A stretch of 64,000 nucleotides of DNA from contig JAIEQK010000018.1 of NCBI GenBank assembly GCA_019747795.1, positions 415 to 64,414 of the forward strand. Direction: 5' to 3'. Origin of the DNA: Gammaproteobacteria bacterium (lineage in GTDB: Bacteria; Pseudomonadota; Gammaproteobacteria; Ga0077536). Of this stretch, positions 10,316 to 19,044 are shown one piece after another; positions within the stretch are counted from its first letter, which is position 1, and the number at the start of each line of letters is the position of its first letter. The position numbers and the translations under genes were made by a program. The notes beneath the pieces were generated by a model. The model worked only from the letters and a program-made list of their open reading frames with translations, did no database searches and had not been told where the DNA came from.

Positions 10316-11683
10316 ATGCACGTACACATCCTCGGCATCGGCGGCACCTTCATGGCGGGGGTCGCGAGGCTCGCGGTCGAACTCGGCCACCGGGTCACCG
10401 GCTCGGACGCCAACCTCTATCCGCCGATGAGCGATCAGCTGCACGCGCTCGGCGTCGACGTGCATCTCGGCTACGGTATCGAACCCCTGCGTGCTCGGCC
10501 CGACATCGTGGTGGTCGGCAACGCGCTGTCGCGCGGCAATGCCTGCGTCGAGTACCTGCTGGATGAAAGCCTGCCCTACACCTCGGGTCCGGCCTGGTTG
10601 CACGATCACGTCCTGCCCGGGCGTCATGTGATCGCGGTGGCAGGCACGCACGGCAAGACCACCACCTCGAGTCTGGTCACGTGGATGCTCGAGCACGCCG
10701 GGCTCGCGCCGGGCTTCCTGGTCGGGGGCGTGGTGGAGAACTTCGGCGTATCGGCGCGGCTGGGTGCGCCGACGGCGCCCTTCGTGGTCGAAGCCGACGA
10801 GTACGACACGGCGTTCTTCGACAAGCGCTCGAAGTTCCTGCACTACGCGCCGCGCACGCTGCTCATCAACAATATCGAGTACGACCACGCCGACATCTTT
10901 CCCGACCTCGCGGCCATCCAACGCCAGTTCCACCACGTGGTGCGCCTGGTGCCGGCCAGCGGCGCGATCGTGCATCCGGCGCCGGCCCCCAACATCGATC
11001 AGGTGCTGGCCCAGGGCAGCTGGTCACGGGTGGTGCGCTTCGGGTCCGAGGCGCCGTGTGAGTGGCGCTATGCCTGGCAGCCGACGTCCGAGTCGCCCCT
11101 CGTCGTACGGGACCCGTCCGGCGCGGACCATGCGCGCGGCACGCCGCTGCTCGGGGCGCACAACGCGCACAACACGGTCGCCGCGCTCGCCGCCGTTGCC
11201 GAGGTCGGCGTGCCGGCCGCCACCGGGCTCGCGGCGCTCGCCGGCTTCGCGAGCGTCAAGCGACGCATGGAGCTGCGCGGCACGCGGCACGGGGTCGCGG
11301 TCTACGACGATTTCGCCCACCACCCTACCGCCATCGCGGCAACCATCGCCGCGCTGCGCTCGCGGGTGACGCCACCGGGGCGCATACTCGCGGTGAGCGA
11401 GATGCGTTCGAACACCATGCGCATGGGCGTGCACCGCGACGCCCTGGCCGGGGCTTTCGCCGCCGCCGACCTCACCTACGTGGTGGCGCCGTCGGATCTG
11501 CCCTGGGACCTTGGCGCCGCGCTGGCACCCCTGCCGTCCCACGCCGTGTTCGGCGACACCGCCTCGCTGATCGACGCCGTGGCGGGCGCCGCGCGCCCCG
11601 GTGACGCTGTCCTGGTGATGAGCAATGGCGGCTTCGAGCGCGTGCACGAGCGTCTGCTCGAGGCCTTGGGAGATACCGAATGA
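10316..11683 (+). CDS. mpl: UDP-N-acetylmuramate:L-alanyl-gamma-D-glutamyl-meso-diaminopimelate ligase
   Basis: Begins MHVHILGIGGTFMAGVA. Mur-ligase P-loop AGTHGKTTTSS. About 455 aa from ATG 10316. Confidence 0.88.
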   Translation: MHVHILGIGGTFMAGVARLAVELGHRVTGSDANLYPPMSDQLHALGVDVHLGYGIEPLRARPDIVVVGNALSRGNACVEYLLDESLPYTSGPAWLHDHVLPGRHVIAVAGTHGKTTTSSLVTWMLEHAGLAPGFLVGGVVENFGVSARLGAPTAPFVVEADEYDTAFFDKRSKFLHYAPRTLLINNIEYDHADIFPDLAAIQRQFHHVVRLVPASGAIVHPAPAPNIDQVLAQGSWSRVVRFGSEAPCEWRYAWQPTSESPLVVRDPSGADHARGTPLLGAHNAHNTVAALAAVAEVGVPAATGLAALAGFASVKRRMELRGTRHGVAVYDDFAHHPTAIAATIAALRSRVTPPGRILAVSEMRSNTMRMGVHRDALAGAFAAADLTYVVAPSDLPWDLGAALAPLPSHAVFGDTASLIDAVAGAARPGDAVLVMSNGGFERVHERLLEALGDTE

Positions 11684-12300
11684 GCAACGCCGACGCCACC
11701 AGCGAGCGTCTGCCGCTGTTTCCGCTGCAGACCGTGTTCTACCCGGGCACGCTCCTGCCGCTGCGCATCTTCGAGACGCGTTACCTCGACATGGTGAGCG
11801 CCTCGCTGCGTGCCGGGCAGCCCTTCGGCATCGTGCCCATCCGGCGCGGCCGCGAGGTGGGCGCGGCGGCCGAGTTCCATGCCATGGGCACGCTCGCCAG
11901 CATCACGTCGTTCGACCGCGGCGACGACGGCCTGCTGCACCTGGTGGTGGAAGGCGGTGAGCGCTTTCGCGTCACCGCTCACCAGGTCATGCCGGACCGG
12001 CTCACGGTCGCCGACCTGGTCCGTCTGCCCCCCGCGGCCGATGGCAGCATTCCCGAAGATCTCAGTTACCTGCGAGCGCTTCTGCAAGAAGTCTACGAGC
12101 GGAATGCCGGGGCCGTGCCCTACGCCGCGCCGCGTTGGGACAGCGCGCTCTGGCTCGCCTACCGGCTCGGCGAACTGCTGCCGCTGCCGCTGCCGAACCG
12201 GCTCGCGGTGCTGGAAGCGGCGGACGGCGCCGCGGCGCTCAGGCTCATCGACGCCGCCCTGCGCGCCCAGGGCGCGAACCCGCCGCCGAGCATGCACTGA
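11680..12300 (+). CDS. LON N-terminal (substrate-binding) domain protein
   Basis: 206 aa with PLFPLQTVFYPGTLLPLRIFETRYLDMV, typical of stand-alone Lon N-terminal domain proteins. ATGA overlap with mpl. Confidence 0.75.
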   Translation: MSNADATSERLPLFPLQTVFYPGTLLPLRIFETRYLDMVSASLRAGQPFGIVPIRRGREVGAAAEFHAMGTLASITSFDRGDDGLLHLVVEGGERFRVTAHQVMPDRLTVADLVRLPPAADGSIPEDLSYLRALLQEVYERNAGAVPYAAPRWDSALWLAYRLGELLPLPLPNRLAVLEAADGAAALRLIDAALRAQGANPPPSMH

Positions 12301-12398
12301 ACGGCACACCCCACAACTGGCTGCGCCGCAAGTTGCTGTGCCCCCCAATCTGTGCGATTTTTACCGCCACGCTGATCACCCTGCGCGTAGCGCAAAAA

Positions 12399-14690
12399 AT
12401 GACAAGAACGAGAATCTCGCGTGCGCCGGCCGAGGCCGCGCCCGTGGTTGCGCTCGTCCTCACGTTGGTCCTCTTGCTCGTCGCCGGCGCGCCGGTGCGC
12501 GCCGACGTGCTGGAGAAGCGCAGCAGCGACTACAAGTGGCGCCTGTGCCCGCCGGCCATCCTGGTGCCGACCGCGCCCGGCTATGGCGACCAAGCCACCA
12601 GCGCGGACAACACTGAAGTGCGCGCCGACAGCGTGCGCGTGCTGAAAGAGGGCCTGAGCCAGTTCTCCGGCGACGTCGAGGTCATTCGCGGCGCGCAGGC
12701 GCTGGGCGGCGACGTCGTGACCTACGATCGGGAACGCGATCTGTTCACCGCCGAAGGGCGCGCTCACCTGTGGGACAAGTCGCTGGTGTGGTCGGGCGCC
12801 GAGGCGCTCTACGACCTGAAGAGCCACGTCTCGAAGCTCAAGGACGGCGACTACTGGGTCCATAACGGCCATGGTCGCGGCCACGCGCGCAGCATGCGCA
12901 ACGACATGGACGAGAACGTCACGGTCCTGAAGGGCGTGGACTACTCGACCTGCCCGCTGTCCGACGAGACCTGGCGCGTGTCGGCGAGCCGCATCCGGCT
13001 GGATCACACCAACGAGCGCGGTTCGGCGACCAATGCCGTGCTGCGCGTGTACGACGTGCCCATCTTCTACTTTCCCTACGTCAACTTTCCGATCAGTGAC
13101 CGGCGCAAGTCGGGCTTTCTCTCCCCGACCTTCGGCAACACCAACCAGTCCGGCCTGGACATCCAGCTGCCCTACTACTGGGACATCGCGCCGAATCACG
13201 ACGCCACCCTGACGCCGCGCGTGCTGACCGATCGCGGCATGATGATGAATGGCCAGTACCGCTACCTGGACACCACCTACGATGGTCAGTTGGACGTCGA
13301 ATACCTGCCGTCCGACGACCTGCGCGACGGTGAGTCGCGCTCGCTGGTGTCGTTCAAGCACCGCCAGCGCATGTTCGACAACCGCGGCCGCCTGCGCATG
13401 GTGGTCAACAACGTGTCCGACGATCGGTACTTCGAAGACTTCGGCGGCAGCATCGCGGCCACCAGTCAGCGCTTCCTCGACCGGCGCGCGGACTTCCAGT
13501 ACCGCGCGCCCGGCAACTACTACCGCATCCGCGGCGTGGTGCAGGCCTACCAGACCATCGATAACACCCTCGCGCCGGGTGTCGGTCCCTATCGGCGCCT
13601 GCCGCAGCTCATGTTCGATGGACGCCTGCCCGGCACCATCTTCGGCTTCCAGCCCGACATCAAGGCCGATACCACCTATTTCGATCGCGATGCCAGCGTC
13701 ACCGGCACACGTATCGACGTGGAACCGGGCATCACCTACATCTTCAATCGGCCCTACATGAGCATTCGGCCGAAGATCTCGGTGATGCAGAGCGAGTATT
13801 ACCTCGACGACCCGGCCGGCATCGCCGAGGAGCGCATCTCGCGTACAGTGCCCATCTTCAGCGTCGACAACCAGTTGTTCCTCGAGCGGCGACTCAACTT
13901 CGCCGACGGCGCCGGCATCCAGACCTTCGAGCCGCGCGTCTACTACCTCCTGGTGCCCAAGGTGCAGCAGGACGACATCCCGCGTTTCGACTCGGGCCTG
14001 TACACCACGTCCTTCCTGAACCTGTTTCGCGACAATCGCTTCTCGGGCGAGGACCGCGTGGCCGACGCCAACCAGGTCGCGACGGCCATCACGTCGCGCA
14101 TGATCGACGTGCAGACCGGGCGCGAGCTCTACCGGGTCAGCGTCGGCCAGATCTACTACTTCCGCGATCGCGAGGTGCTCCTGCCGAACGAGCGGGCGCA
14201 GACCGCCGGCGCCTCTTCGTTCATCTCCGAGGTCTCGACCAACATCATCGACGACTGGACCGCGCGCGGCGTGCTGCAATGGAATCCCGACGATTCCCGC
14301 ACCGACCTCGCCTCGGCCACGCTGCGCTACCGCCCCGACCTCGACACGGTGCTGAATTTCAGCTACCGCTACCGTCGCACCGTCAGCGACATCGAGCAGA
14401 CCGACGTCTCGCTACGCTGGCCGGTGAGCAACAACGTAGCGGTGGTCGGGCGCTGGAACTACTCGCTGCAGGAGAGTCGCGCGCTGGAGGCGCTGGGCGG
14501 CGTGGAGTACGAGAGCTGTTGCTGGGGCGTGCGCCTGGTCGGTCGGCGCTTCCTGCGCAATGCGGAGGGCGATTTCGACAATGGCGTGTTCCTGCAGTTC
14601 CAGTTCCGCGGCCTCGGCGGCATCGGCAAGAAGTCCGGCTCGGTGCTGAACCGCGGCATCCCGGGCTACGAAGACCCGTTCCAGGAGTGA
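12399..14690 (+). CDS. lptD: LPS-assembly outer-membrane protein LptD
   Basis: 763 aa from ATG 12399, with a signal peptide (..LVLLLVAGAPVRA). Large beta-barrel protein in the canonical lptD-surA-pdxA-rsmA arrangement. The track ORF starts 88 codons further upstream in Ala/Arg-rich read-through. Confidence 0.9.
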   Translation: MTRTRISRAPAEAAPVVALVLTLVLLLVAGAPVRADVLEKRSSDYKWRLCPPAILVPTAPGYGDQATSADNTEVRADSVRVLKEGLSQFSGDVEVIRGAQALGGDVVTYDRERDLFTAEGRAHLWDKSLVWSGAEALYDLKSHVSKLKDGDYWVHNGHGRGHARSMRNDMDENVTVLKGVDYSTCPLSDETWRVSASRIRLDHTNERGSATNAVLRVYDVPIFYFPYVNFPISDRRKSGFLSPTFGNTNQSGLDIQLPYYWDIAPNHDATLTPRVLTDRGMMMNGQYRYLDTTYDGQLDVEYLPSDDLRDGESRSLVSFKHRQRMFDNRGRLRMVVNNVSDDRYFEDFGGSIAATSQRFLDRRADFQYRAPGNYYRIRGVVQAYQTIDNTLAPGVGPYRRLPQLMFDGRLPGTIFGFQPDIKADTTYFDRDASVTGTRIDVEPGITYIFNRPYMSIRPKISVMQSEYYLDDPAGIAEERISRTVPIFSVDNQLFLERRLNFADGAGIQTFEPRVYYLLVPKVQQDDIPRFDSGLYTTSFLNLFRDNRFSGEDRVADANQVATAITSRMIDVQTGRELYRVSVGQIYYFRDREVLLPNERAQTAGASSFISEVSTNIIDDWTARGVLQWNPDDSRTDLASATLRYRPDLDTVLNFSYRYRRTVSDIEQTDVSLRWPVSNNVAVVGRWNYSLQESRALEALGGVEYESCCWGVRLVGRRFLRNAEGDFDNGVFLQFQFRGLGGIGKKSGSVLNRGIPGYEDPFQE

Positions 14691-14816
14691 TGCGGCCCAA
14701 GCGCGCGACCTTGGGTTACAATCCCCGCGCCGCGCGGCCGGCCACGCTCGCCCCCGCCGGTTCGCGCTCCGTGCTGGTCGCCCGCCGGAGATCCCGTTCC
14801 GCCACGCCTGATTCCC

Positions 14817-16112
14817 ATGCCTGATACTCGCCTGCTCACGCCCCTTCGCATCGCTCTCACCCTGCTCACGCTGCTGGGCTTCGGGCAGGCGCGCGCCGAT
14901 GCGCTCGATCACATCATTGCTGTGGTCGATGAGGACGTCGTGATGCAGAGCGAGGTCGACGAGCAGGTGGAGCGGGTGCGCTCGGCACTGCGCCAGCAGG
15001 GCACCGAGATGCCCCCCACCGCCGTGCTGGAACGCCAGGTGCTCGAGCGCCTTGTGCTGGAGAAGATCCAGATCCAGGTCGCCCAGCAGGCCGGCATGAA
15101 GGTGACCGAGAAGGATCTCGACAAGGCCGTGGCCGACATCGCCAAGCGCAACAAGCTCGAAATGGACAAGTTCAAGGAGATCATCGAATCCGAGGGCATC
15201 GCCTTCTCGCGCTTCCGCGAGCAGATCGGCGATCAGATCCTGCTCGCCAAGCTACGCCACGAGGAGGTCGAGAACCGCATCAAGGTCACGGACCAGGAGA
15301 TCGACAACTTCCTGCGCAACCAGTCCAACGCCTCCGAGGCCGAGCAGGAGTTCCGACTGTCGCACATCCTGATCTCGATTCCGAGCGGCGCGAGCGAAGA
15401 GGAGATCAAGGCCGCGCGGGCCAAGGCGGAGGACGCGCAGCGGCGGGTCGACGCGGGTGAGGATTTCGGCGACATCGCGCTGCGCATGTCCGACGGTCAG
15501 CAGGCGCTGGAGCGTGGCGACCTGGGCTGGCGCAAGGGCGGTGAGATCCCCTCGCTGTTCGCCGATGCGGTCAGCACCATGAAGGTGGGCGAGAACAGCG
15601 GCATCATCACCAGCCCCAGCGGCTATCACATCATCAAGCTGGTCGACAAACGCAGCGGCGAGCAAATCATGGTGCAGCAGCGCCGAGCGCGGCACATCCT
15701 GATCAAGCCCAATGCGCTGATCACACCCCAGCAGGCGGTCGATCGCCTGAACCAGCTGCGCATCCGCATCGAAGGCGGCGCGGATTTCGCGCAGCTCGCG
15801 CGCACCAATTCCGACGACCGCGGCTCGGCGCTGAAGGGCGGCGACCTGGGTTGGGTGAGCAAGGGCCAGATGGTGGCCGAGTTCGAAGAAGTGATGATGG
15901 CGAGCCCCATCGGCGCGATCAGCGCGCCGTTCCGCAGCGAGTTCGGCTGGCACATCCTGCAGGTCACCGACGAGCGCGAGTACGACGGCACCGAAGAGAT
16001 CAAGCGCGACCGCGCGCGCCGCGCGATTCGCGACCAGAAGGTGCAGGAACGACAGCAAACCTGGTTGCGCAGCCTGCGCGACGAGGCGTATGTCGAATTC
16101 CGCGACAAGTGA
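14817..16112 (+). CDS. surA: Periplasmic chaperone / peptidyl-prolyl isomerase SurA
   Basis: 431 aa with a signal peptide and two parvulin domains (SHILISIP.., ARHILIKPN..GGDLGWV). Confidence 0.93.
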   Translation: MPDTRLLTPLRIALTLLTLLGFGQARADALDHIIAVVDEDVVMQSEVDEQVERVRSALRQQGTEMPPTAVLERQVLERLVLEKIQIQVAQQAGMKVTEKDLDKAVADIAKRNKLEMDKFKEIIESEGIAFSRFREQIGDQILLAKLRHEEVENRIKVTDQEIDNFLRNQSNASEAEQEFRLSHILISIPSGASEEEIKAARAKAEDAQRRVDAGEDFGDIALRMSDGQQALERGDLGWRKGGEIPSLFADAVSTMKVGENSGIITSPSGYHIIKLVDKRSGEQIMVQQRRARHILIKPNALITPQQAVDRLNQLRIRIEGGADFAQLARTNSDDRGSALKGGDLGWVSKGQMVAEFEEVMMASPIGAISAPFRSEFGWHILQVTDEREYDGTEEIKRDRARRAIRDQKVQERQQTWLRSLRDEAYVEFRDK

Positions 16113-17106
16113 GGCGCCACCGGCGCTGGCGCTGACACCCGGCGAGCCCGCCGGCATCGGCCTCGACCTGGCGCTCGCGCTGACGCAGGCGCCGCTGGCG
16201 GCGCGCCTGGTGTGCTACGCCGACCCCGCCCTGCTGGCAAGCCGCGCGCGACTGCTCGGGGTCGAGGTACGCCTGCGCGAACTGGCCGATGCGCGCGACG
16301 CCAGGCTGACCGAACCCGGCGTCCTGCAGGTGCTGCCCGTGCAGGCGGCGGCCCCGACGCAGGCCGGCGTCCTCGACCCACGCAACGCCCGCTACGTGCT
16401 CGCCTGCCTCGATGCCGCGGCCGACGCCTGTCGCGCCGGCGTGCTTCAAGGGCTGGTCACCGGCCCGGTGCAGAAATCCCTGATCAACGACGCCGGCATT
16501 CCGTTCTCCGGCCACACCGAGTATCTCGCCGAGCGGCTGGGCGCGCCCCTGCCGGTGATGGTGCTGGTGGCGGGCGAATTGCGCGTCGGCCTGGTCACCA
16601 CCCACGTGGCGCTGCGTGACGTGCCGGCGCTGATCACGACCGAACGTGTCGTCGCGACGCTCGACATCATCCTGGAGCAGCTGCGCGCGCAGTTCGGTCT
16701 TGCGCACCCGCGGGTTGCCGTGTGCGGCCTCAATCCCCATGCCGGCGAAGGCGGCCACCTCGGCCATGAAGAGCGGGACAGCATCGAACCGGCGATCGCC
16801 AGGCTGCGCGCGCGCGGCTGGCAGGTGGACGGCCCGCTGCCGGCCGACACCGTGTTCGCCGCCGAGCAACGCAGCGGCTACGACGCCATCGTCGCGATGT
16901 ACCACGACCAGGGACTGGCGGCGTTGAAGGCACTCGGCTTCGGCGAGTCGGTCAACGTCACCTTCGGCCTGCCGATCATCCGGACGTCCGTGGACCATGG
17001 CACGGCGCTGCCGCTGGCCGGCACCGGCCGCGCGCAGGTCGGCAGCCTGCGCGCCGCGACGCAACTCGCGCTGATGCTGGCCCGTGCTGCCCGTGCAGCC
17101 GACTGA
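16090..17106 (+). CDS. pdxA: 4-hydroxythreonine-4-phosphate dehydrogenase
   Basis: 338 aa with TPGEPAGIG, GHTEYLA and MYHDQGL motifs. Position after surA. Confidence 0.92.
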   Translation: MSNSATSEAPPALALTPGEPAGIGLDLALALTQAPLAARLVCYADPALLASRARLLGVEVRLRELADARDARLTEPGVLQVLPVQAAAPTQAGVLDPRNARYVLACLDAAADACRAGVLQGLVTGPVQKSLINDAGIPFSGHTEYLAERLGAPLPVMVLVAGELRVGLVTTHVALRDVPALITTERVVATLDIILEQLRAQFGLAHPRVAVCGLNPHAGEGGHLGHEERDSIEPAIARLRARGWQVDGPLPADTVFAAEQRSGYDAIVAMYHDQGLAALKALGFGESVNVTFGLPIIRTSVDHGTALPLAGTGRAQVGSLRAATQLALMLARAARAAD

Positions 17107-17905
17107 ACCTCACGTCCATCGCAAGCGCTTCGGCCAGCACTTCCTGGTCGACCAGCACGCCATCGCCGAGATCCTGCGGGCCGTGGACCCGCACCCGGGT
17201 GAACCGCTGCTCGAGATCGGCCCCGGCGAAGGCGTGCTGACGGCGCCGTTGGTGGCGAGCGGCGCCAATGTGCACGCCATCGAGATCGATCGCGACCTCG
17301 TGCAACGCCTGCGCGCGCGCTTCGCCCAGCAGACCAACTTCACGCTCCACCCGGGGGACGTGCTCAAGTTCGACTTCACGGCCCTGCCGCCGGCGCCGGC
17401 CGGCTGGAAGGTGGTCGGCAACCTCCCCTACAACATCTCCACGCCGCTGATCCTGGCACTGCTGCGCCACGTGGGGCTGTTTTCCCGCCTGGTGGTGATG
17501 GTGCAGCGCGAGGTGGCCGAACGCCTGGCGGCGCCGCCTGGCGGCGACAGCTATGGCCGGCTGAGCGTGATGGTGCAGCGCCGCTGCGAGGTGCGGCCCG
17601 TGCTGGACCTCGGCCCGTACAGCTTCGACCCACCGCCCAAGGTGGACTCGAGCGTGGTCGAACTGCGGCCGTTCGCGGAAGCGCGCGACGAGGCGTTCGA
17701 GGAACGCCTGGGCGACCTGGTGCGCATCGCGTTCTCGGCGCGTCGCAAGACGCTCGGCAATGCGCTCAAGGGTGCGGTGGCCCGAGCTGACATCGAGCGT
17801 GCCGGCATCGACCCGGGCCTGCGCGCCGAAGCGCTGTCGGTGGAGGATTTCGTCTGCCTCGCGCGTCTGCTGGACGCCGATCGCAGGCACGACGCCGAAG
17901 CCTGA
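17084..17905 (+). CDS. rsmA: 16S rRNA (adenine1518/1519-N6)-dimethyltransferase
   Basis: 273 aa with KRFGQHFL, SAM motif LEIGPGEGVLT and GNLPYNISTP. The exact start is uncertain because it overlaps the pdxA end. Confidence 0.9.
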   Translation: MLPVQPTEPHVHRKRFGQHFLVDQHAIAEILRAVDPHPGEPLLEIGPGEGVLTAPLVASGANVHAIEIDRDLVQRLRARFAQQTNFTLHPGDVLKFDFTALPPAPAGWKVVGNLPYNISTPLILALLRHVGLFSRLVVMVQREVAERLAAPPGGDSYGRLSVMVQRRCEVRPVLDLGPYSFDPPPKVDSSVVELRPFAEARDEAFEERLGDLVRIAFSARRKTLGNALKGAVARADIERAGIDPGLRAEALSVEDFVCLARLLDADRRHDAEA

Positions 17906-17928
17906 GCCGCCCGATCGCCCCCGCACTG

Positions 17929-17951
17929 TTACCCACAGATTCTGTGGATAA
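17929..17951. promoter_or_regulatory. Pair of oppositely oriented DnaA-box-like 9-mers
   Basis: TTACCCACA (17929-17937, 8/9 to TTATCCACA), a GATTC spacer, then TGTGGATAA (17943-17951), the perfect reverse complement of TTATCCACA. A third 8/9 box, TGTGCATAA, lies at 18139-18147. Confidence 0.5.
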
Positions 17952-18173
17952 CCCTGTGCAGGACAGGTGCGCTGCACCCCGTCTCGCGGGACACCGCAAG
18001 GATTCCCTTCGAATTGGCCAAGAATTCGCCAATTTCGCTTATCGGCATTTTAAAACAATAAGTTATATCGCACACCGCGGGTAGATTCGCGGCAAGTTCC
18101 GGTAAGTTGAAGCCGCCGTCGGCAGGTCGCCGCGCAGGTGTGCATAACGCGCGCTCGGCGCTGCCGGAAATTC

Positions 18174-19031
18174 TCAAAGACCGGCGGCAAGTCGCTGGCG
18201 CAATTCGGCGATCACGGCGGCAGTGCGCGGCTCGCGCGCGTGCCAGCGGCTGAACGCCTCGGCCGCCTGCTCGACCAGCATGCCGAGGCCGTCCAATACC
18301 CGCGCGGCGCCATTGGCGGCGGCCCAGGTCATGAAAGCGGTGGGGCTGGCGGCATACATCATGTCGTAGCACACGGTATGCGGCCCGAGGAGACTCACAT
18401 CGACCAGCGGTAGCTGACCGGCGAGGCTCGCGGCGGTGCCGTTCACGACGACGTCGCAGGGCGCGCCCGTGGCGCCCCAGGGCAGCACGTCGACCGGCGC
18501 GCCGGCAGCCTGCCAGGTCTCGGCCAGGGCCTGTGCCCGCTCGCCGGAGCGGTTGGAGATCAGCACGCAGGCCGGCTGCGCCTCCAGCAGTGCGGGCAGG
18601 ACGCCGCGCGAGGCCCCCCCGGCGCCGAGCAGCAGCACGCGACGGTCGCGCAACGGTACCTGGTGGTTGACGGTCAGATCGCGCACCAGGCCGACGCCGT
18701 CGGTGTTGTCGGCGTGTACACCGTCGGCCTCGAACCACAGAGTATTGGCGGCGCCCGCGCGCGAGGCGCGCGGCGCCGTCGCCACGGCCAGTGCGAAGGC
18801 CTCTTCCTTGAGCGGCACGGTGACGTTCATGCCCCGGCCACCCAGGGCCACGAACTCCTGGACCGCGCCAGCGAGGTCGCCCGGCCGCACCTCGACCTTC
18901 TCGTAAAGAAGCTCGATACCGAACTGGGCGCCGAAGGCGGCGTGGATGAAGGGGGAGCGGCTGTGAGTGATGGGGCTGCCGACCACGCAGAAGCGCGGCA
19001 GGTCGCTCTCGGTGGTGAACCAGTGTCGCAT
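18174..19031 (-). CDS. aroE: Shikimate dehydrogenase
   Basis: 285 aa with VVGSPITHSRSPFIH and the NADP motif GAGGASRG. Confidence 0.92.
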   Translation of the reverse strand: MRHWFTTESDLPRFCVVGSPITHSRSPFIHAAFGAQFGIELLYEKVEVRPGDLAGAVQEFVALGGRGMNVTVPLKEEAFALAVATAPRASRAGAANTLWFEADGVHADNTDGVGLVRDLTVNHQVPLRDRRVLLLGAGGASRGVLPALLEAQPACVLISNRSGERAQALAETWQAAGAPVDVLPWGATGAPCDVVVNGTAASLAGQLPLVDVSLLGPHTVCYDMMYAASPTAFMTWAAANGAARVLDGLGMLVEQAAEAFSRWHAREPRTAAVIAELRQRLAAGL

Positions 19032-19044
19032 GCAGCGGCCGGCC

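Noticed and set aside
12159-14279. A 706-aa minus-strand ORF antisense to lptD. Similar long antisense ORFs include 43493..45160, 57846..60068, 54767..56017, 4429..6009 and 16000..17064.
   Set aside because: These are shadow ORFs typical of high-GC DNA. They are Arg/Ala/Gly/His-rich, low-complexity translations with no motifs, and each lies opposite a gene with clear family signatures and proper GC3 bias.
17906-18173. The chromosomal replication origin (oriC).
   Set aside because: There are only three DnaA-box-like 9-mers and one short AT-rich run. There are no 13-mer-type DUE repeats, and no dnaA, dnaN, gidA or rpmH context. It is reported only as a DnaA-box cluster of unknown role.
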